Notes: generated by a model not told the origin, from the letters alone. DNA of 64,000 nt from Balanoglossus misakiensis (GCA_040954595.2 CM082585.2:2262902-2326901); one strand, 5' to 3'; counted from the stretch's first letter, positions 14,779 through 29,156 are shown. Program-made: numbers and translations.

Positions 14779-15050
14779 GATTTTTGTCCAAAAACTGTCT
14801 GTAAAATACATGCGAGTATGACAAGCTAATTAGTCCAATCAGACAGAGGCATTCACTGACCTACCACCAGTTTATAATAAAATAACCGGTGGTCTCTGTA
14901 ACAGCTGGACCACAACTGATTTTTGTCCAAAAACTGTCTGTAAAATATATGCGAGTATGACAAGCTAATTAGTCCAATCAGACAGAGGCATTCACTGACC
15001 TACCACCAGTTTATAATAAAATAGCCGGTGGTCTCTGTAACAGCTGGACC
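14779..15050. repeat. ~139-bp direct tandem duplication
   Basis: gatttttgtccaaaaactgtctg...cagctggacc present at 14779 and 14918. Confidence 0.85.
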
Positions 15051-15934
15051 GGTAAAATTATATAAGGCTGTTTATTTTACTGATAAAAAATTTTATAGGT
15101 CTTTGTAGGTTATAATAAAGAAAATTATCAAAATCGGTTCACCAGTTTTCAAGGTACAAAAGCATCAAAAAATACTGATATTCTCAAGTATCTTCAACAT
15201 TTTTCAAAAAATTATGCACGATTCACAGAAGAATACTTCTTTCAGTTTTACAGGAGATCATCTAAACTTGTAAAGAAAATCTCTCTATTTTTTGCATGGC
15301 ACCATGGGAAATATGAAATTTTGCAATGTTTGATGTTCCGTGTCTCAATCATAGTTGATCTAATTGTAACGAAATTTTCAGAATATATTACAATATATGT
15401 GCAGATACAGATAGTGACTTCAGTTTTTGATATCTGGATTACAATTTAAATTCCCAGGCGCTCAAAAAAGGAAAAACCTAGCATTTTACCATTGCAAATG
15501 GGCGGCCATATTGGATTGATATTTCATTAGATGGCAATATCTGTTTATACACTGCAATTTGCTGAAAATCAGTTCAATCACTGTAGTGAGTGGAAATATT
15601 TAAATTCTTGTGTATTTTGAGCAATAATACTACTACCAAAAATATTTTATACAGTTACTTCTGGACAGCAAAAATTGCCATCATTCAAGTCAAACTCTCA
15701 GATCGGCCCTTTTGCTTGCCTGTGTTGGGCAGATATCAAAAGTGGAGAAAGTTGGATAGTGTAATGTCTACATGTATTTGTACTATCCTTGTAGTCTATT
15801 AACATTTACACGATTTTCATATTAATTTTGGTATGATATGCATGGAAAGACTGGCTGGCTATAAATCATAAAACTGAACGTCCTTGCACCATACAGTTTT
15901 TACTGCATACACATGTAGTTTAAGCAAACTGTGT

Positions 15935-16236
15935 ATTTCATGTATTCCACTTTTCTGCCTTCCTTGCTGGCTTTCTCCATTTATTTTCTTACTGTTTCTT
16001 TGTAACATTACTGATTTTTTTTTCTGGTAATTCAATTTCTGGCTGAAATAAATGTACTAGAGCTGGTAAGGTTTCCTGAACATTAATCCCTGTATCTTGA
16101 AGGCAGGTGTGCAAGTTCATATAAAGTTCATTGGTTAAAGGAATATTATGAGCTGATAAATCTTCTAAGCTCTTCTTTCTGGCTAGAAGGTCTGCTATAT
16201 TATCGAATACTCTTTATGCTACTTCCATAATGTTGC
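15935..16236 (-). pseudogene. Possible decayed coding exon, unknown protein
   Basis: After the acceptor ttgcacag the frame reads GNIMEVA*RVFDNIADLLARKKSLEDLSAHNIPLTNELYMNLHTCLQDTGINVQETLPALVHLFQPEIELPEKK, which looks protein-like but has stops. Confidence 0.35.
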
Positions 16237-17749
16237 CTGTGCAAATTAACAATCAAAATACCCACTTGCTAGACAATTGTAAGACAAACATTTTTGTTGG
16301 GTAATTACAGAATAATTATTTTAATTCCATGCATACTCTACCTAAACACAAATTAGAATATATAACTGAAATTATAATTATACACAGGTCTATGAAATGC
16401 AAAGAAAATGTATTTCTAGGAAAGAACACCCATGGGCATTCAGCTCTAAGCAGATAACATCAGTCACTTTGAAGACATGTCACTTCCCAGACTTGACTAA
16501 ACAAACTTCCAACCCTGAAGTGAAACGCATCTCCGAGTTGCATACACAATATGATCATATAATGTTAGATATTTATCATGGTTTAAGTGAAAACAAATTA
16601 GGAGATGTAAACACCCCTGCCATTTATTCAGTGCCATATAATGCTGCCATTATGCACATATTGACTCTAGCCACTTTCCCAGTGGGAGGAAAAAGACTTT
16701 AATGGACACCAAGCGGGAAGAAACGAAAGTTACTAAGTTTTTGGCATTTCATTTTTATTTGTGAGATCGAGAAATTAAAATATGACAAGTTTAGAAAATA
16801 ATCAGATTACACAGTATGTCCCAGTTCGTATGGCGGCCATATTGGATTCTGAACTCTCTAGTGATATAAACATATAGTGTACTTGGCGAGTCTCAGTATA
16901 GGGAAATCAACACAATCAGACAAAACTTGGGTTACCCATTGCAATAATACTATCAAATTTCAAAGCAATCCCATATGCAGTTTCAGAAAAATCAGTATTT
17001 TCACCAAAATTGTACAATATCTTACGTCAATCGCTTCAGGGAACATGCCTACCAAAGCTCAAGGCAATCTGACAATCAGTTTGAAAGAAAATAATTTTTA
17101 ATGAAAAATTCCAAAACTATCACACACAAAACGCAAATATGCATATTTCAAGTATTTTTCTAAAACATCTCACTTAATTATTCCCAAGGAACAACCCTGC
17201 AAAATTTGAAAGCAATCTGACAAGCAGTTTTAGATAAAACAATTTTTGACCAAAAAAGACAAAAAATTCTACAAAATTATAAATATGCACATTTTTCATC
17301 AACCAGGTTTTCATCAAATGGGACCATATATCCAAATGTATGCTTCAAAGCAACACGACTCTCAGAGAAAAAAATGCTTGTCACCCTGGTCAAAAATTTG
17401 GTTTTACTAAAACATCAAATCGGTTATCTCTCAAAGCTAAAAGGGTTATCACCAAACAGATTACAATTTTCTTTACTTGTGGTGGTTTTGGTTTTATCGG
17501 TTTGCCCAATAAAAATTAGGATAATTGTTTAAGTATGCCAACAGTGAGGTGGAAATCACACCAGAAAAGCGAAAATACGCCAACAACATGTAAACAGTAA
17601 AATGTTACGAAAAAACAAACAGAAAAGCGAAAATACACCAACCACGTTTAAACCGTAAAATTAAAAAAAAATGCAAACACTGGCTCTACGTGCGCTTAGG
17701 CAAGAGGCCTAGCAATAAAATTCTCACAGAGTATAACCCTATAAATATG

Positions 17750-19250
17750 TCTAGACTTTCTCGATTATGACCTCAGGGTCAGCAGCGAAGCCATACACAG
17801 AATGGCCGAGAGGCATGGCTAGCTGCACGCCCGTAGCTCGGATTTTTTTCTGGAATAAGACCTACTTCTGTTCAACTACAAGGTGTTGAACGGATAGCTG
17901 CAAATCACCTAATACCAGACTAAACAATCGAGCGACGGTAACGTAGCTACATAGGCTATGGTACTAAAAGCAATGACTGGATTATGAGCCTACCGAAAAG
18001 ACGTCTTGATCCCGCGGCAGTAAGAAGGAAAGTGGTCGAAACCCGGCGTCGCACACCGGAAACGGGTCAATGATCACCTGTTGTTATGGAGAGTGGGACT
18101 TGTTACCCAATCACAGACCATAGTTAGCATTACGACACACTAATGAATATGCATACATGCTATAGCTGCATATTTTATTATTTTAGAACGCACTGGAACA
18201 TGCTCGCATTCGAAGGAATATTCCATTTGTATATGCAAATAGCAAACCTATGTTCTCGAGTGTGAGTGCACCATTGTCTCAGGGGGGTGGCTCACGTCCC
18301 AAAGAACAGGGGGTAATTTTCTACCACAGCCGCGCATTTCAAACCGAGCAAGCAAACTGCTAACTTCCGTTGTCTGGGCAACATTTTGATGTGCGTTAAG
18401 TTTTGCACCTATTCGACTTTGAGGAAACAGACCTATAATACTTCCTAATGTGGTTCTCTTTCTGGGTCATTTTGTTGGTCCAACCACGATCCACGAGATC
18501 GTAAACTGCTTGGATTAGGGCGCGTTAGGAAGCTGCAGCTGCGGCCGCAGGTCAAGTCGGTGTGTGTTGTATTTAACAAACATGGTGAATGTGTTCGGCA
18601 CAGCAACATGCTCGCTCTACCCACAGCCACTGTACCGTACTGTCGATCGTTTCCATGTCTGTTTCACGCTCGCTCTTTATAATGCCCTTATCACGCCTCC
18701 CGTATTGTGTTCATGATATGACAGTCCCACTAATCTGACAACACGCTCGCTTTTATTATGTCAATTTGTCCCGTTCGCTAGCACTGCGTTCAGGCCTGCA
18801 TTCACCATTAACAGACTATCCCATTCGCCAACTTTACTGAACTACAAAGTGAAGAACCAGTTTGCGTCTTGGCCGAAACAACCGGGGTCATGGAAATTAA
18901 AGGCCGAACCGAGAAGATTAAGTGCCATTCCCGAAGTAACGACCAACCAATGTTTACAGAGAAATCAGATGACATCAAATAGCGGAGTTCTTATCCTGTC
19001 GGGATGCGTTTACCTCGGAATCGGCGAAGTTTTTTTGTCGTCGAGTTTGATTTCATGGACGATGCAGTCTAGTTATTTGATGATCCATAATTGATATTTT
19101 TTTTTTGGGGGGGGGGGTCCTGGTGTCGATAATTCGAGGCAGGAGAAGAAATGTGCCGACAGCGCAAATTGCCGTTTTTCTCGCTCTGTTTAGTCGATTT
19201 TGACAACTTCAAAAGTATTAAACTTCACTCTGCGTTGGTCGAGAGGTCTT
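17750..19250. promoter_or_regulatory. CpG-enriched, promoter-like island
   Basis: CpG density is visibly higher than the flanks; CCAAT (ccaatca ~18107), ETS-like ccggaa/cttccg, octamer atgcaaat (~18233). Confidence 0.4.
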
Positions 19251-22200
19251 AAATTTTACCCATCCAACAAAACAAACGTTTGTAGTCAATAAAGTGTTCT
19301 TGGCGGGAATTAAAATTGATTCAATGCAATTCAAGTTTGAATTTGATCAAATTTTCTAAATATAGATAAATCGACAGGCCAACACTGTCCATGCACCAAA
19401 AAGAACAGCTGGTCGCGGAGATGAATTTTGTTTTTGTATATAACAAAATACCCTACAAAATATAAAAGTTCCGAATTACCTATAATTTGATTCCATTATA
19501 ATTCCAATACTATTAACTCAATTTTAGAGTAATACACTGGGAACTATTATTTTTCAAAATTGGAAAATATGCCCCCAAAATACAAGATATTGCCAACAAA
19601 AAGCATTGACACTTTCATCATTGGTTTTGTAAATTATCATGACAACGCACCCAGGAACCTTTAAATCAAATTTGAAAGCAATGGAGTAGAGGGTTCTGAG
19701 AAAGAGTTTTGACCAAAAATGGCAAAAATCACCCCAAAAATATAATATTAAATTCTTCTAGTTGATTTGACAAACATACATGCAAATTTCCAAAGCAATC
19801 TATGAGCTGTTTTACATTTAAAAAATGATCAAAAAGGTAAAAATTGCTCGCAAATTTTGCAGCAATTTAAACAAAACTTTAGTAACTCAGATCACCTATA
19901 TGAAGCTCCATACTAAATTTCAAAGAGGTGGGCTGATTAATTCCAGAAAGGTAGTTTTTTTACAAAAATGTAGAAAAAGACAAACAAATGCGAAAAATAG
20001 AAAATTCAAAGTATTACCTCAAAACATACAGAATCATTATGACCAGGGGTTGCTGAGTTTCTGAGTTTTGACCAAATTAAGGTTTTTCCCAGAAAATTTG
20101 CATATTTTTGGCAATGTCAACTTCGTTTGAACAAACTCCCATCTACAACCCGGTATGCATCTACACACCAAATATCGAGGTTGTACGCGTAGCAGTCTTC
20201 AAGTTTTTGATGTGGATGGACATACTCCCATACATCCATACAGATGCAACGTACCGATCTCATAAGGTCCCACTGGAATATACCAATACAAATGTGACAT
20301 AAACACTTGACTTGCGGGCGCTGTTACTCCTCAATGAAAGCAGATAACGCGACACAAACTGGTCATTTTTTTCAAACTTGTGCTATAAGTAATATGTGTG
20401 ACCAACTCTATGACTTAATTTTTTGTTAATGACCTAATACCAAACAAATAGATATGATCTAATTTAAAAAAACTGTCCCAAAACTGCCAAACACAAAAAT
20501 GCAAACATCACCAAAATTATACAATATCTTACTTCGATGAGAACATGCTTACCAAAGTTCAAAGCAATCTGACAAGTGGTTTCAACAAGAAAATCACAAG
20601 TTACCTCAAGAACACAAATAAGCAAATTTCAACAAAATTTTCAAACAACTTACAATTGCTTAACCCTGAGAACATGCCTACCAATTCCCAAAGCAATCTG
20701 ACAAGCACGAGGTTTCAGAGAAAACGATTTTTGACCAAAAATTGCAAAATTTGGCTCATAATTACAAATGTGCAAACTTTGCAACAATTACACCTATAGG
20801 AAGATTTATACTAAATGTTAAAGAAATCAGCCAATTACTTTCATAGAAAATATTTTACCATTGTGTTAAAAGACAAAACATTCATAAAAAGTAGACAATT
20901 CACGATGTTAGCTTAGAACTTATATAGCTCTATGATCTTGGCATAAGAAACATGCATACCACTTTTCAAAGCAATCTGACCAGTAGTTCCCAGCTAACAA
21001 CTGAGAACAGAATAGCCAAAATCATCACCAGCGCCTAACACTACATTTGATTTTAATCAGATGAAAAAGGGAAGTAAGCAGACCATTTGTTGGAGCGGCT
21101 GATCCTCACCTGAAATCAAAGAGACAGACAAAAGCACTCATTTTATCAGAATATTTATTTTATGTATGCAAAAATCCTAACATGATATCTCTGTCTACTT
21201 GTTTATCCTGATAGGAAAATTGTTAGAATAAAAATATCAAAGATATTTCTTCCTAACGCTGCATACACTATGTACATACTCTAGCAGTCTTGAAAGTACA
21301 CTGAAATGTTTGTCAAAAGCTCTTCTTAAGAACTGCATAACATACCAAACTTTCATTACAATATAAGCAATATCCGGAAAAAAATAAACCAACTTAGCAT
21401 CTTTTGCAAAATGAAAGAAATTGAGGAGTGGTGTCCCCCCTTCCCTTCAGCACTATACATGATTCAACAGCCTCAGGGTGTCATTCTTTACACAAACATA
21501 AAATGAATGGCTGAAATTCTAGAAATGTAGAAACAATGACATGTGAATATTGTTATTAAAAATGTGATTTTAATCGTTTGGCAACTATGGTCACTTCCTA
21601 ATAATTGACTATATTTCTTAACATGCATCTAATAGTTTGATTCTACCATGCTTGTCACGGATTTTGCCGATCACCAAACACAAAACACAACAAAATGGTT
21701 TAACAGTTTCACAAGCCATATGCCTAAAACAGGGACATCATCAGTTCATATGTATGGCCAGTCTGGCTACAGAGGTGAACTGACTATGTATATGCATGGG
21801 ATTCTTTTATATCCCTTTGGTCACGTGACCAGTTTATATATTTTCTGCTATTTCCCCAAGGGATTCATAGTCGATTCTATTTTCTTATCACCTGACGGAT
21901 TCTGGCGAATCATGACACAGTGTTAGCATGAGGTATGTTATAAATACAGATATTACATACATACCGGTATTCAAATGAACTAATGGTTCGGTCCAAATCC
22001 ATTGTTTCTGTTGGAAAAGTTGGATGTCTACACAGGGAACTGGGGGTGAATGGTGAGAGTGCTAAGAAAAAAGGCTGATGGTAATTTTCCATTTTTATCT
22101 AACCTGTATACATGTGTGTGCTTAATCTTTCCCAATAATGCTGACACACAACAAGTTAATTGTTTTACAAAACTCTCCTTGAGAGTCAAATGAAGGCACC

Positions 22201-23054
22201 TGATATAAGCCCAAAGACTTCATTCTTTTCCACACACCACTTTTCTCTTTTCAAAGAGCTCCATTTCAAATTGTGTACACAAACAATGTCATTGTCACTG
22301 CCCAAGCCCAAACTTTCAAATTACAATGTGACATTTCAAAACACTGTTAGACTTCCCAATGAAACATTAACTCTGGATCGGTATCCATTCAAATTAGTGA
22401 CAGCCCCGGGGTTAGATTGTTGTTAATTTTGTTATAATGGTGATATTTAATTGTTTGGCTTTAACACAAATTATTACATGGACGTATAAACGTGTTATGT
22501 CCACACATATGCTGTGAGTTCAGCTTCAATCCAATTTCATAACAAATTATTCAACAACAAAAATAGAAAATGAACATCAAGAGCTAGTGACTTCGTGGCT
22601 TTCACATGATAAATATACATTGCCCCATGCTAGAGTGTAATATTAACATGTCTCATACAACCTACAATTCTCTGTATATAACCAAACACATTCATTATAG
22701 CTGCATTAGTTGGGTCACATAATCTGGAACCAGATAGGCTGACCTGAGCAATCCATGTTTTTGCAAGTGTTGTATTGTCACTGTTATAGTGTGACTTCTT
22801 TGGTGTAATGCTCCAATGAACATGTGAGTTTCAATTGGATAGATAAATGACCAATAACACAAAGTCTGTGATTGGGTAATACAAATGATTGGTATACAAC
22901 TGGAAGTTCTGACACTGAAAGAGCTGTCTATTGCTCTCTTCCCTGAGGGAGCGATAGAGAGTAACTTTAGAGATACATTCTCCAATGATCAGGAGTTAAT
23001 AAGGTATTAGTCTAGTATATAGCTGTATTTTATCTGCTTTGCTTTCAAAAAACT

Positions 23055-23343
23055 ATGCATGCCACTGGCCCAATAAAGCATGATACCCCTTGCAGGGAAT
23101 CGTGATGTAATTAGCATTACTTTGAAGTCAATCACGGACTTTGTTTTTCCAATGATTGGTCAAAGGATACATATGTGTGATTAAGGATTGGTACCATTTT
23201 AAATTTAAATTAGCCTTGCCTTTACTATAACCTTACACACAATCGCCATTGTTCAGTTTATGTCAGTGACTTTAAGGGGGATGGTAGTTACATCACAATT
23301 CCCAGCAAGAGCTATCAGGCTTTATTGGGCCAGTGGCATGCAT
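23055..23343. mobile_element. MITE with ~30-bp TIRs
   Basis: atgcatgccactggcccaataaagcatgata ... tatcaggctttattgggccagtggcatgcat. Confidence 0.8.
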
Positions 23344-24082
23344 CACTCTTGATGTTAGTTTTGGAAGTGGAAAAAATATGGCTATATACTGTAAAACATG
23401 AAATTTTCGCAACGGGAAATTTTCATAATATCAAATGTGGCAACTGTTATGCAACGATTAATTTTCGCATTCTCGAATTTCAATTCATCATTATTTCTGA
23501 AAAACATGTTTACGCGACTTTTTAGTTTCGTGTTTTTTTAGCACTTGCATGATTCGGGCGAATTTATCTCTCATGAAAATTTCCCATTTTACATACATCC
23601 TAAGTATCATTTTTTCACACCAGAAGACAATGCACAGTTGCTTTGTGTATGGCATACTTTGTATTACAATAGACACTGACAACTAGTTACATCCTCCCAG
23701 CATACAAATATGGTTATATTGAAATAAGGCATTATGATGGAAACAATGTAAAGCTAATGCAAGAATTAGTACAGACCGAGTATATTATGTTACTACACTG
23801 GAATAACAATTTCGTGTTATTTGATCTGTTTAAATTTTTTTTTTTAAATCAAGGAACACTGAAGAATGAGTGGAGGTGATAGCTTTGGAATGGATATGTC
23901 TGTATACAGTAAATGAGAGTGATAAATATTCCAAATCCCCAATACTTGACTGTCTGGAAAAAACCTTGAGAATTTTCTGACATTTCTTTGGGCATCTGGG
24001 TTTCATTTAGTATATAGAAGTTACAACGGTAATGAAGGCATGAACAGTCTCCTGTTCATTATAGTCAGTTTCCTGTAAGAAT

Positions 24083-24331
24083 TTATTGATTCGGAATATC
24101 AAAAAGACTCATGTCAACAGCCAGCAGATTACTACATGATTGTTGCAGTGTTTGTTGCATGCTGGGTGCCAAGTCCATCTGAGGTACCTGTGGTCGCGGC
24201 CGTGGCTGTTGTCCTAGTTACAGCTGTTGTTGTTGTTGTTGTGATAACTGTTGCTGTTGTTGTTGTTGTTGCCATGTTTGTTGTTGTGGTGGTGGAATGG
24301 TTGCTTTTGTTCCGCTGGCTTGTTGCTGCTG
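24083..24331 (-). pseudogene. PolyQ/P-rich terminal coding exon with premature TAA
   Basis: Acceptor ttaactgcag; QQQQASGTKATIPPPQQQTWQQQQ...QL*LGQQPRPRPQVPQMDLAPSMQQTLQQSCSNLLAVDMSLFDIPNQ*; internal TAA at 24218-24220. Candidate AATAAA at 21154-21159 (-). Confidence 0.6.
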
Positions 24332-24412
24332 CTGCAGTTAAATACAAACAAAACAGTTTTCTTTTAAAGTCACTTCACAGCAAATGGCAATGTATCAGGA
24401 GACACTTCTTTT

Positions 24413-25688
24413 TAATTGGGGGCACAAGCGCCCTCAGGCGGCTTGTGCCCCCATTGTTATTGTTGGAATTTTTCTTTATTATTATTATTATTATTATTAT
24501 TCTTCTTCTTCCGAGAAATTCGGCCAGGTAGATCTGGAAAACCGCAGCACCTAGGGGGCTGAAACTTGGTAGGGTGATAGGGGCCAATGAGTAGACGTGC
24601 AGTGGCCCGTGAATATTTAATTAGTCATGTGACCTGGTGGCCATATTGGATTTCCTGAAAACCGTTAAATGAGTCCTACTCAAAAACTACAAGGCCGATC
24701 GAGTTCAAATTTGGTGTGCAGGTAGCCTACCTTCTGTCCATCATTTTACCCCATTGAAATCATGACGTCACACATAAAGTTTTTTTGCTACAATTGTTTT
24801 TCTTAAAAAATACTTAAAACTTTAAAAATCTTCTTCTCCAGAACCAGCGGTTACCGATTCTCGGGATTTGGGATATGTGGTCACCTAACCTATGTCTATC
24901 AAGTTTGCGAAGCGCACTGTGATTGGTCGATCATTATGGCGGCCATGTTGGATTTTCGGAAAACCATTGAAAAATGAAAATTCTGTTTTGTAGCCAAAAT
25001 GTTGACAGCACGGAAATTCTTTTTTTGGATATGAGTCATCATATGACCGGAAGTTGTCACAATTTTTCGTGGCAATTTTCACATGACCTTTGACCCAGTT
25101 TTAAAAGAACTAATTATATATGCATATTCCCCATACCTCCTCTTGTAAAAGCACCACATTCATGAATTTTGTGGACATGGGTACCAATGCTGCCAGGACA
25201 TGACACAAATATTTTGGTAATTTTGGCAATGACCTTTGACCTATTTCTGCATATCTAATTCCATGCTACCCAATAGGGCTAGAGGTCTGGTATTGGTTGG
25301 ACATGGCCCAGTCTGGGGTCAAAATTTTATGCCCTAATTTTGGGTGACCTTGGGTGACCTTTGATCTACTTTCCCATATCTCAGCATCCAGAGCAGTTAG
25401 AGCCCTGGCTGTTATGGGTATTGAGCACATAATGGAGTCTTACACAAGACCTCATTAATTATGTGCATACCTAATTGCAGGCGAACCAATAGGGCTAGGG
25501 GTCTGGTTTTTTGTTGGATCTAGACTAGTATGGGGTCCAATTTTTTTGCCCAAATTTGGGGTGACCTCAGGTGACCTTTGACCTACTTTCCCATGTCTCG
25601 GTATCCCCAGCAGATACAGCCGTGGAATTTGCTGGTCACCATGGGAACCGCTTGTGCCCCCCCAACGCTGCTTGCAGCTTTAATTTTC
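24413..25688 (+). mobile_element. Structurally complete non-autonomous Helentron-like element (HINE)
   Basis: 5' subTIR gggggcacaagcg (24418) followed by its near-inverted copy, then (ATT)n(CTT)n. 3' subTIR cgcttgtgccccc (25649), hairpin gctgc-tt-gcagc (25667) and T-rich end. Inserted in a T run. A degenerate second 3' end lies at ~25790-25997. Confidence 0.82.
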
Positions 25689-27164
25689 TTTACATTTGTC
25701 AATCAGACTGAAATTTAGGGCGGCATATAGTTAGTTACTGTACAATGGGAAATTGATTTAGGCTGTGTCTAAAATTGATGGTTAGTTTCAAGACCCCTGT
25801 TGACCTAATTAATTATGTACACTCCTAATTCTAGGCTAACCAATAGATCTAGAAGTTTAGATTTTGTAGGACATAGATCAGTTTAGGATCAAAACTTTTT
25901 GACAAAATTTTGGGTATCCACAGCAGATAATCCTTAGCATTCTGTAGGAACCCTGGGAATTGCTTGGGCCCAGTGAACACTGCTTGCAGCTTTAATTCAC
26001 CATGTTCTCAGATGCAGACATTTTGAAGAGAATATGATTTAAATTCTAAGCAGACTTTTGTTAAAGTGTAATGTTCATCTAACACACATTTGCCAAAGCA
26101 GAGACTCTAGTTACAAAATTGTTATCTATGCCACAAGTGCTGTCTTAACAACAGACAAGGTGGCGGCAACCATAGTCTGTGTCATAGATTAGGAAAAGAC
26201 AGCAAATTGAGTGAAAAGAAGAGACAAAACTAAATTCTTCTTATCTGGCATGCAAGAAATATAGAAGGAAGCGAAGGCAGTCCACTATATGAATGCACGC
26301 ACATAAAATTGTGCAGAATATTTGGATTGGACGTTATTTTGTACACACAAAATTAACGCATATGTGCATAAGAGTAAGATGATTGTCGTCATTTAAAACT
26401 GTCTGTCAGAGGTTATCATCAGTGCTTCCACACTGGTACCATGGAAAAACTAGAGGAATTGAAAATAAGAATGAGACAAGATTTGTTGTATTTCTTTGTC
26501 AGTAATTTAGGTCTGCTTTCCCTCCAGCTTTTCCCCCCACACTAAAACTGAACAGGTTGGACCAGTCACACCTCCCTTAATCCTATTGGTCCCAATGTTT
26601 ATTTCATCAATATATCTATGGCATGCTGACTTGGACAATAATTCTGACACAAAATTGATCATGAGTGTGAACTGATTGCATAAACATTTTTCGAAAGTAC
26701 TTCCTGTAAAAAGGGAGGAGGCTCCACACACCAGACTATTTTTGTTTATGTACATGACTTACACATGCGGGGGTTGTCAACTTGATGAAATAGCCATTCT
26801 CTAGATTTCCTATTGTTATAAGAGTGTACATAAACATGAAAAGTAAAATCATGAATATTAATAGATGTGGTGCGTATGGCCGATTTGAGGCAAATCAGCC
26901 ATACCCACCACGTCTAAATCTGTGTGGGGAAAAGTTGTCATGTTGGGCAAATAGTTCATTGAATTTATTCTGTGTGACTGTCAGGTCTTCAATACATTAA
27001 AATCATTTTGGGAATGGCACAGACCATGTTATTTGTACCATCAAGAAAGCTCCTTTTTGAGAAAACTGATTTCATTTTTCCCCACATAACAATTCCCAGA
27101 AGTGCCACTGGTACCAGTCTTGGTTTTCAAAATATTCACTGTACACATTATTATGACAACTTAC

Positions 27165-27416
27165 TTGTAAGAGGTGTTTTAGTTGTTGATTTGTTGATTG
27201 TATATTGGATGGCTGTGCTTGCACTGCTTGTTGTTGTTGTTGTTGTTATTGTTGGGCTCTCTCTTGTTGTAACCTTTGTAATTGCTGTTGTTGTTGATGT
27301 TGTTGTCTTAGAGCTATGAGTTGACTTTGTCTGGCATGTTGATCTTGCTGTTGTTTCAATTCAAGTTCTTTTTTCTGTGCCATCTCTAGATTCTTCTGCA
27401 GTGCTTGAATATTCCT
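27165..27416 (-). pseudogene. Coiled-coil/polyQ exon (phase 0-0) with premature TAA
   Basis: ctttcag|RNIQALQKNLEMAQKKELELKQQQDQHARQ...ERAQQ*QQQQQQAVQAQPSNIQSTNQQLKHLLQ|gtaagt; 252 nt; TAA at 27246-27248. Confidence 0.7.
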
Positions 27417-28528
27417 CTGAAAGATCAAACAAAGAAAAGTGTAAACAATCAAACATTGTCATCTGTGTCAATCTACCTACATGTAACATGACTACAGGAG
27501 CTTCAGCCAAGCCAAGCTTTTCACTTGGGAGATTATTGAAATCAATTTAAAACTCAGCAACTCCATCTTCGGGTTATTTTCTCAATACTTTTGTTTTGGC
27601 GGTCACCTTTCATTGAACAATGAATGGGCAAGTGCTCGCTCACTTCTTCACTGAATTTCACTGTTTGTTTATCTTATCATAAAAAAACTTGGGCATCGCA
27701 GTCCTTTGGACAAAAATATTCATGTGTGGTGATTTAAAATCAATGTTGCAAGAAGAAGAATTAATCACAGGATTAACGGTTTCTGATTGAAAAATACTAA
27801 ATGCTTAATATGCCATATGCCGTACACAGAGTGATCACATTAGTCAATAGGACAGCTGTTCCAAAGGACTAAAATGATGGCAACGTTTTAATATTATATT
27901 TATTTTACAAAACCTTGCATCTGAGCTTTACTTTAAAGTACTTCCATTTACTAGTAGTACAAGTGCACATCAGTTAACATTGACAGCTAGGCATGACGTC
28001 ATAGATGTAGGACTTCAAAATGGACATTCTGAACAGTGGGGGCGCTCTATCATGGTGGATTTTAATGAACATGTGTATTTAATTTCATCACTCACATTTG
28101 TCCATGGAAACTGTATTTTAACATACACTTATAGTTAAGGCATTTGCAGTATCTAGTCATATTACAGTAATACACCAGACATGTTCTTAACTCAACTAAA
28201 TGTGTGTAAGTTCAATTTCTGACCTCACTCAGATTACCCAAGTCCATGTGACAAACTCTACTGCAAGTATACAGACTTGAACTCCGGAAAAACTAGTCAC
28301 CTACAATACTTGAAATGGAGCCACATCCAAAACTTGACTTTGAGATCTTTTATCAAATCAGTTTTCCTTTTAGAATTAGAACTCCCATGCAATTTTTGTG
28401 ACAGAGGAAATAAATAGATTCTCAGAAAAAAACAGTTTCCTCTTTAAAGATCCAACCTTACCATAGAAAATAAAAGGTTTAGACTGAACCATAGTGGTGA
28501 AAGGGTTAAGCCAGAGCATGTATCAAAA

Positions 28529-28702
28529 TACAGTAAAACCTGTCTCAACCGAACCCTGTCTAATCTGGAAACCTGTCTATTTCAAAGACATTGTTCAAAC
28601 CTTTTGACATAGAACCACATGTTGAAAGAACCTCTTTAAATTGTACACCTGCAATCTGAACAATTTCTTCAGTCCCTTTGGTGTTAGACAGGTTTGACTG
28701 TA
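28529..28702. mobile_element. Tc1/mariner(pogo)-type MITE
   Basis: tacagtaaaacctgtc ... gacaggtttgactgta, TA flanks. Confidence 0.65.
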
Positions 28703-29156
28703 CTTGAAAGTGCAATTGAACAAAAATGCTAAAAAATATAATTGCAGAGAGTCAGTATTTTAGGCTGGGCATCATCTACATAGTTCCCAGAGTCAATACT
28801 GTCACAGTAGTCCATTTCTCTATGTACCAAATTTTAATAAAACATTGCTATGCAGTCATGTTACCCTTCCAAGATGCAAACATGAGGCCAGTTGGTCACA
28901 AAGTAAAAACTTGATTGTCTTGTGTATCAACACTATAGTTGGGACTTATGTTCGACAGCCACATTTTATTGTAAGGTCAGTTTTACACGCAACTTGTATC
29001 ATGTATACAACAAACTAGATGAGCTCGAGCAGTACTCTACTGACCGCCTTTTTCACATTGTCTGCATTGAGATGACACTTTATTTTGGAAGGCTGCCCTC
29101 TTTATGAAAAATGTCATGATTGTGTTACACGTAAAAAAGACAGAAATCAACACAAC

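Noticed and set aside
18505-18530. Telomerase RNA template (ttaggg-like motif)
   Set aside because: Only a single TTAGGG with no 1.5-repeat template or recognisable H/ACA structure.
24136-24531. Plus-strand poly-Val 'membrane protein' ORFs (also 27008-27319) and minus-strand poly-Thr ORF
   Set aside because: These are antisense or off-frame readings of (CAA)n polyQ exons; splice signals support the minus-strand Gln frame.
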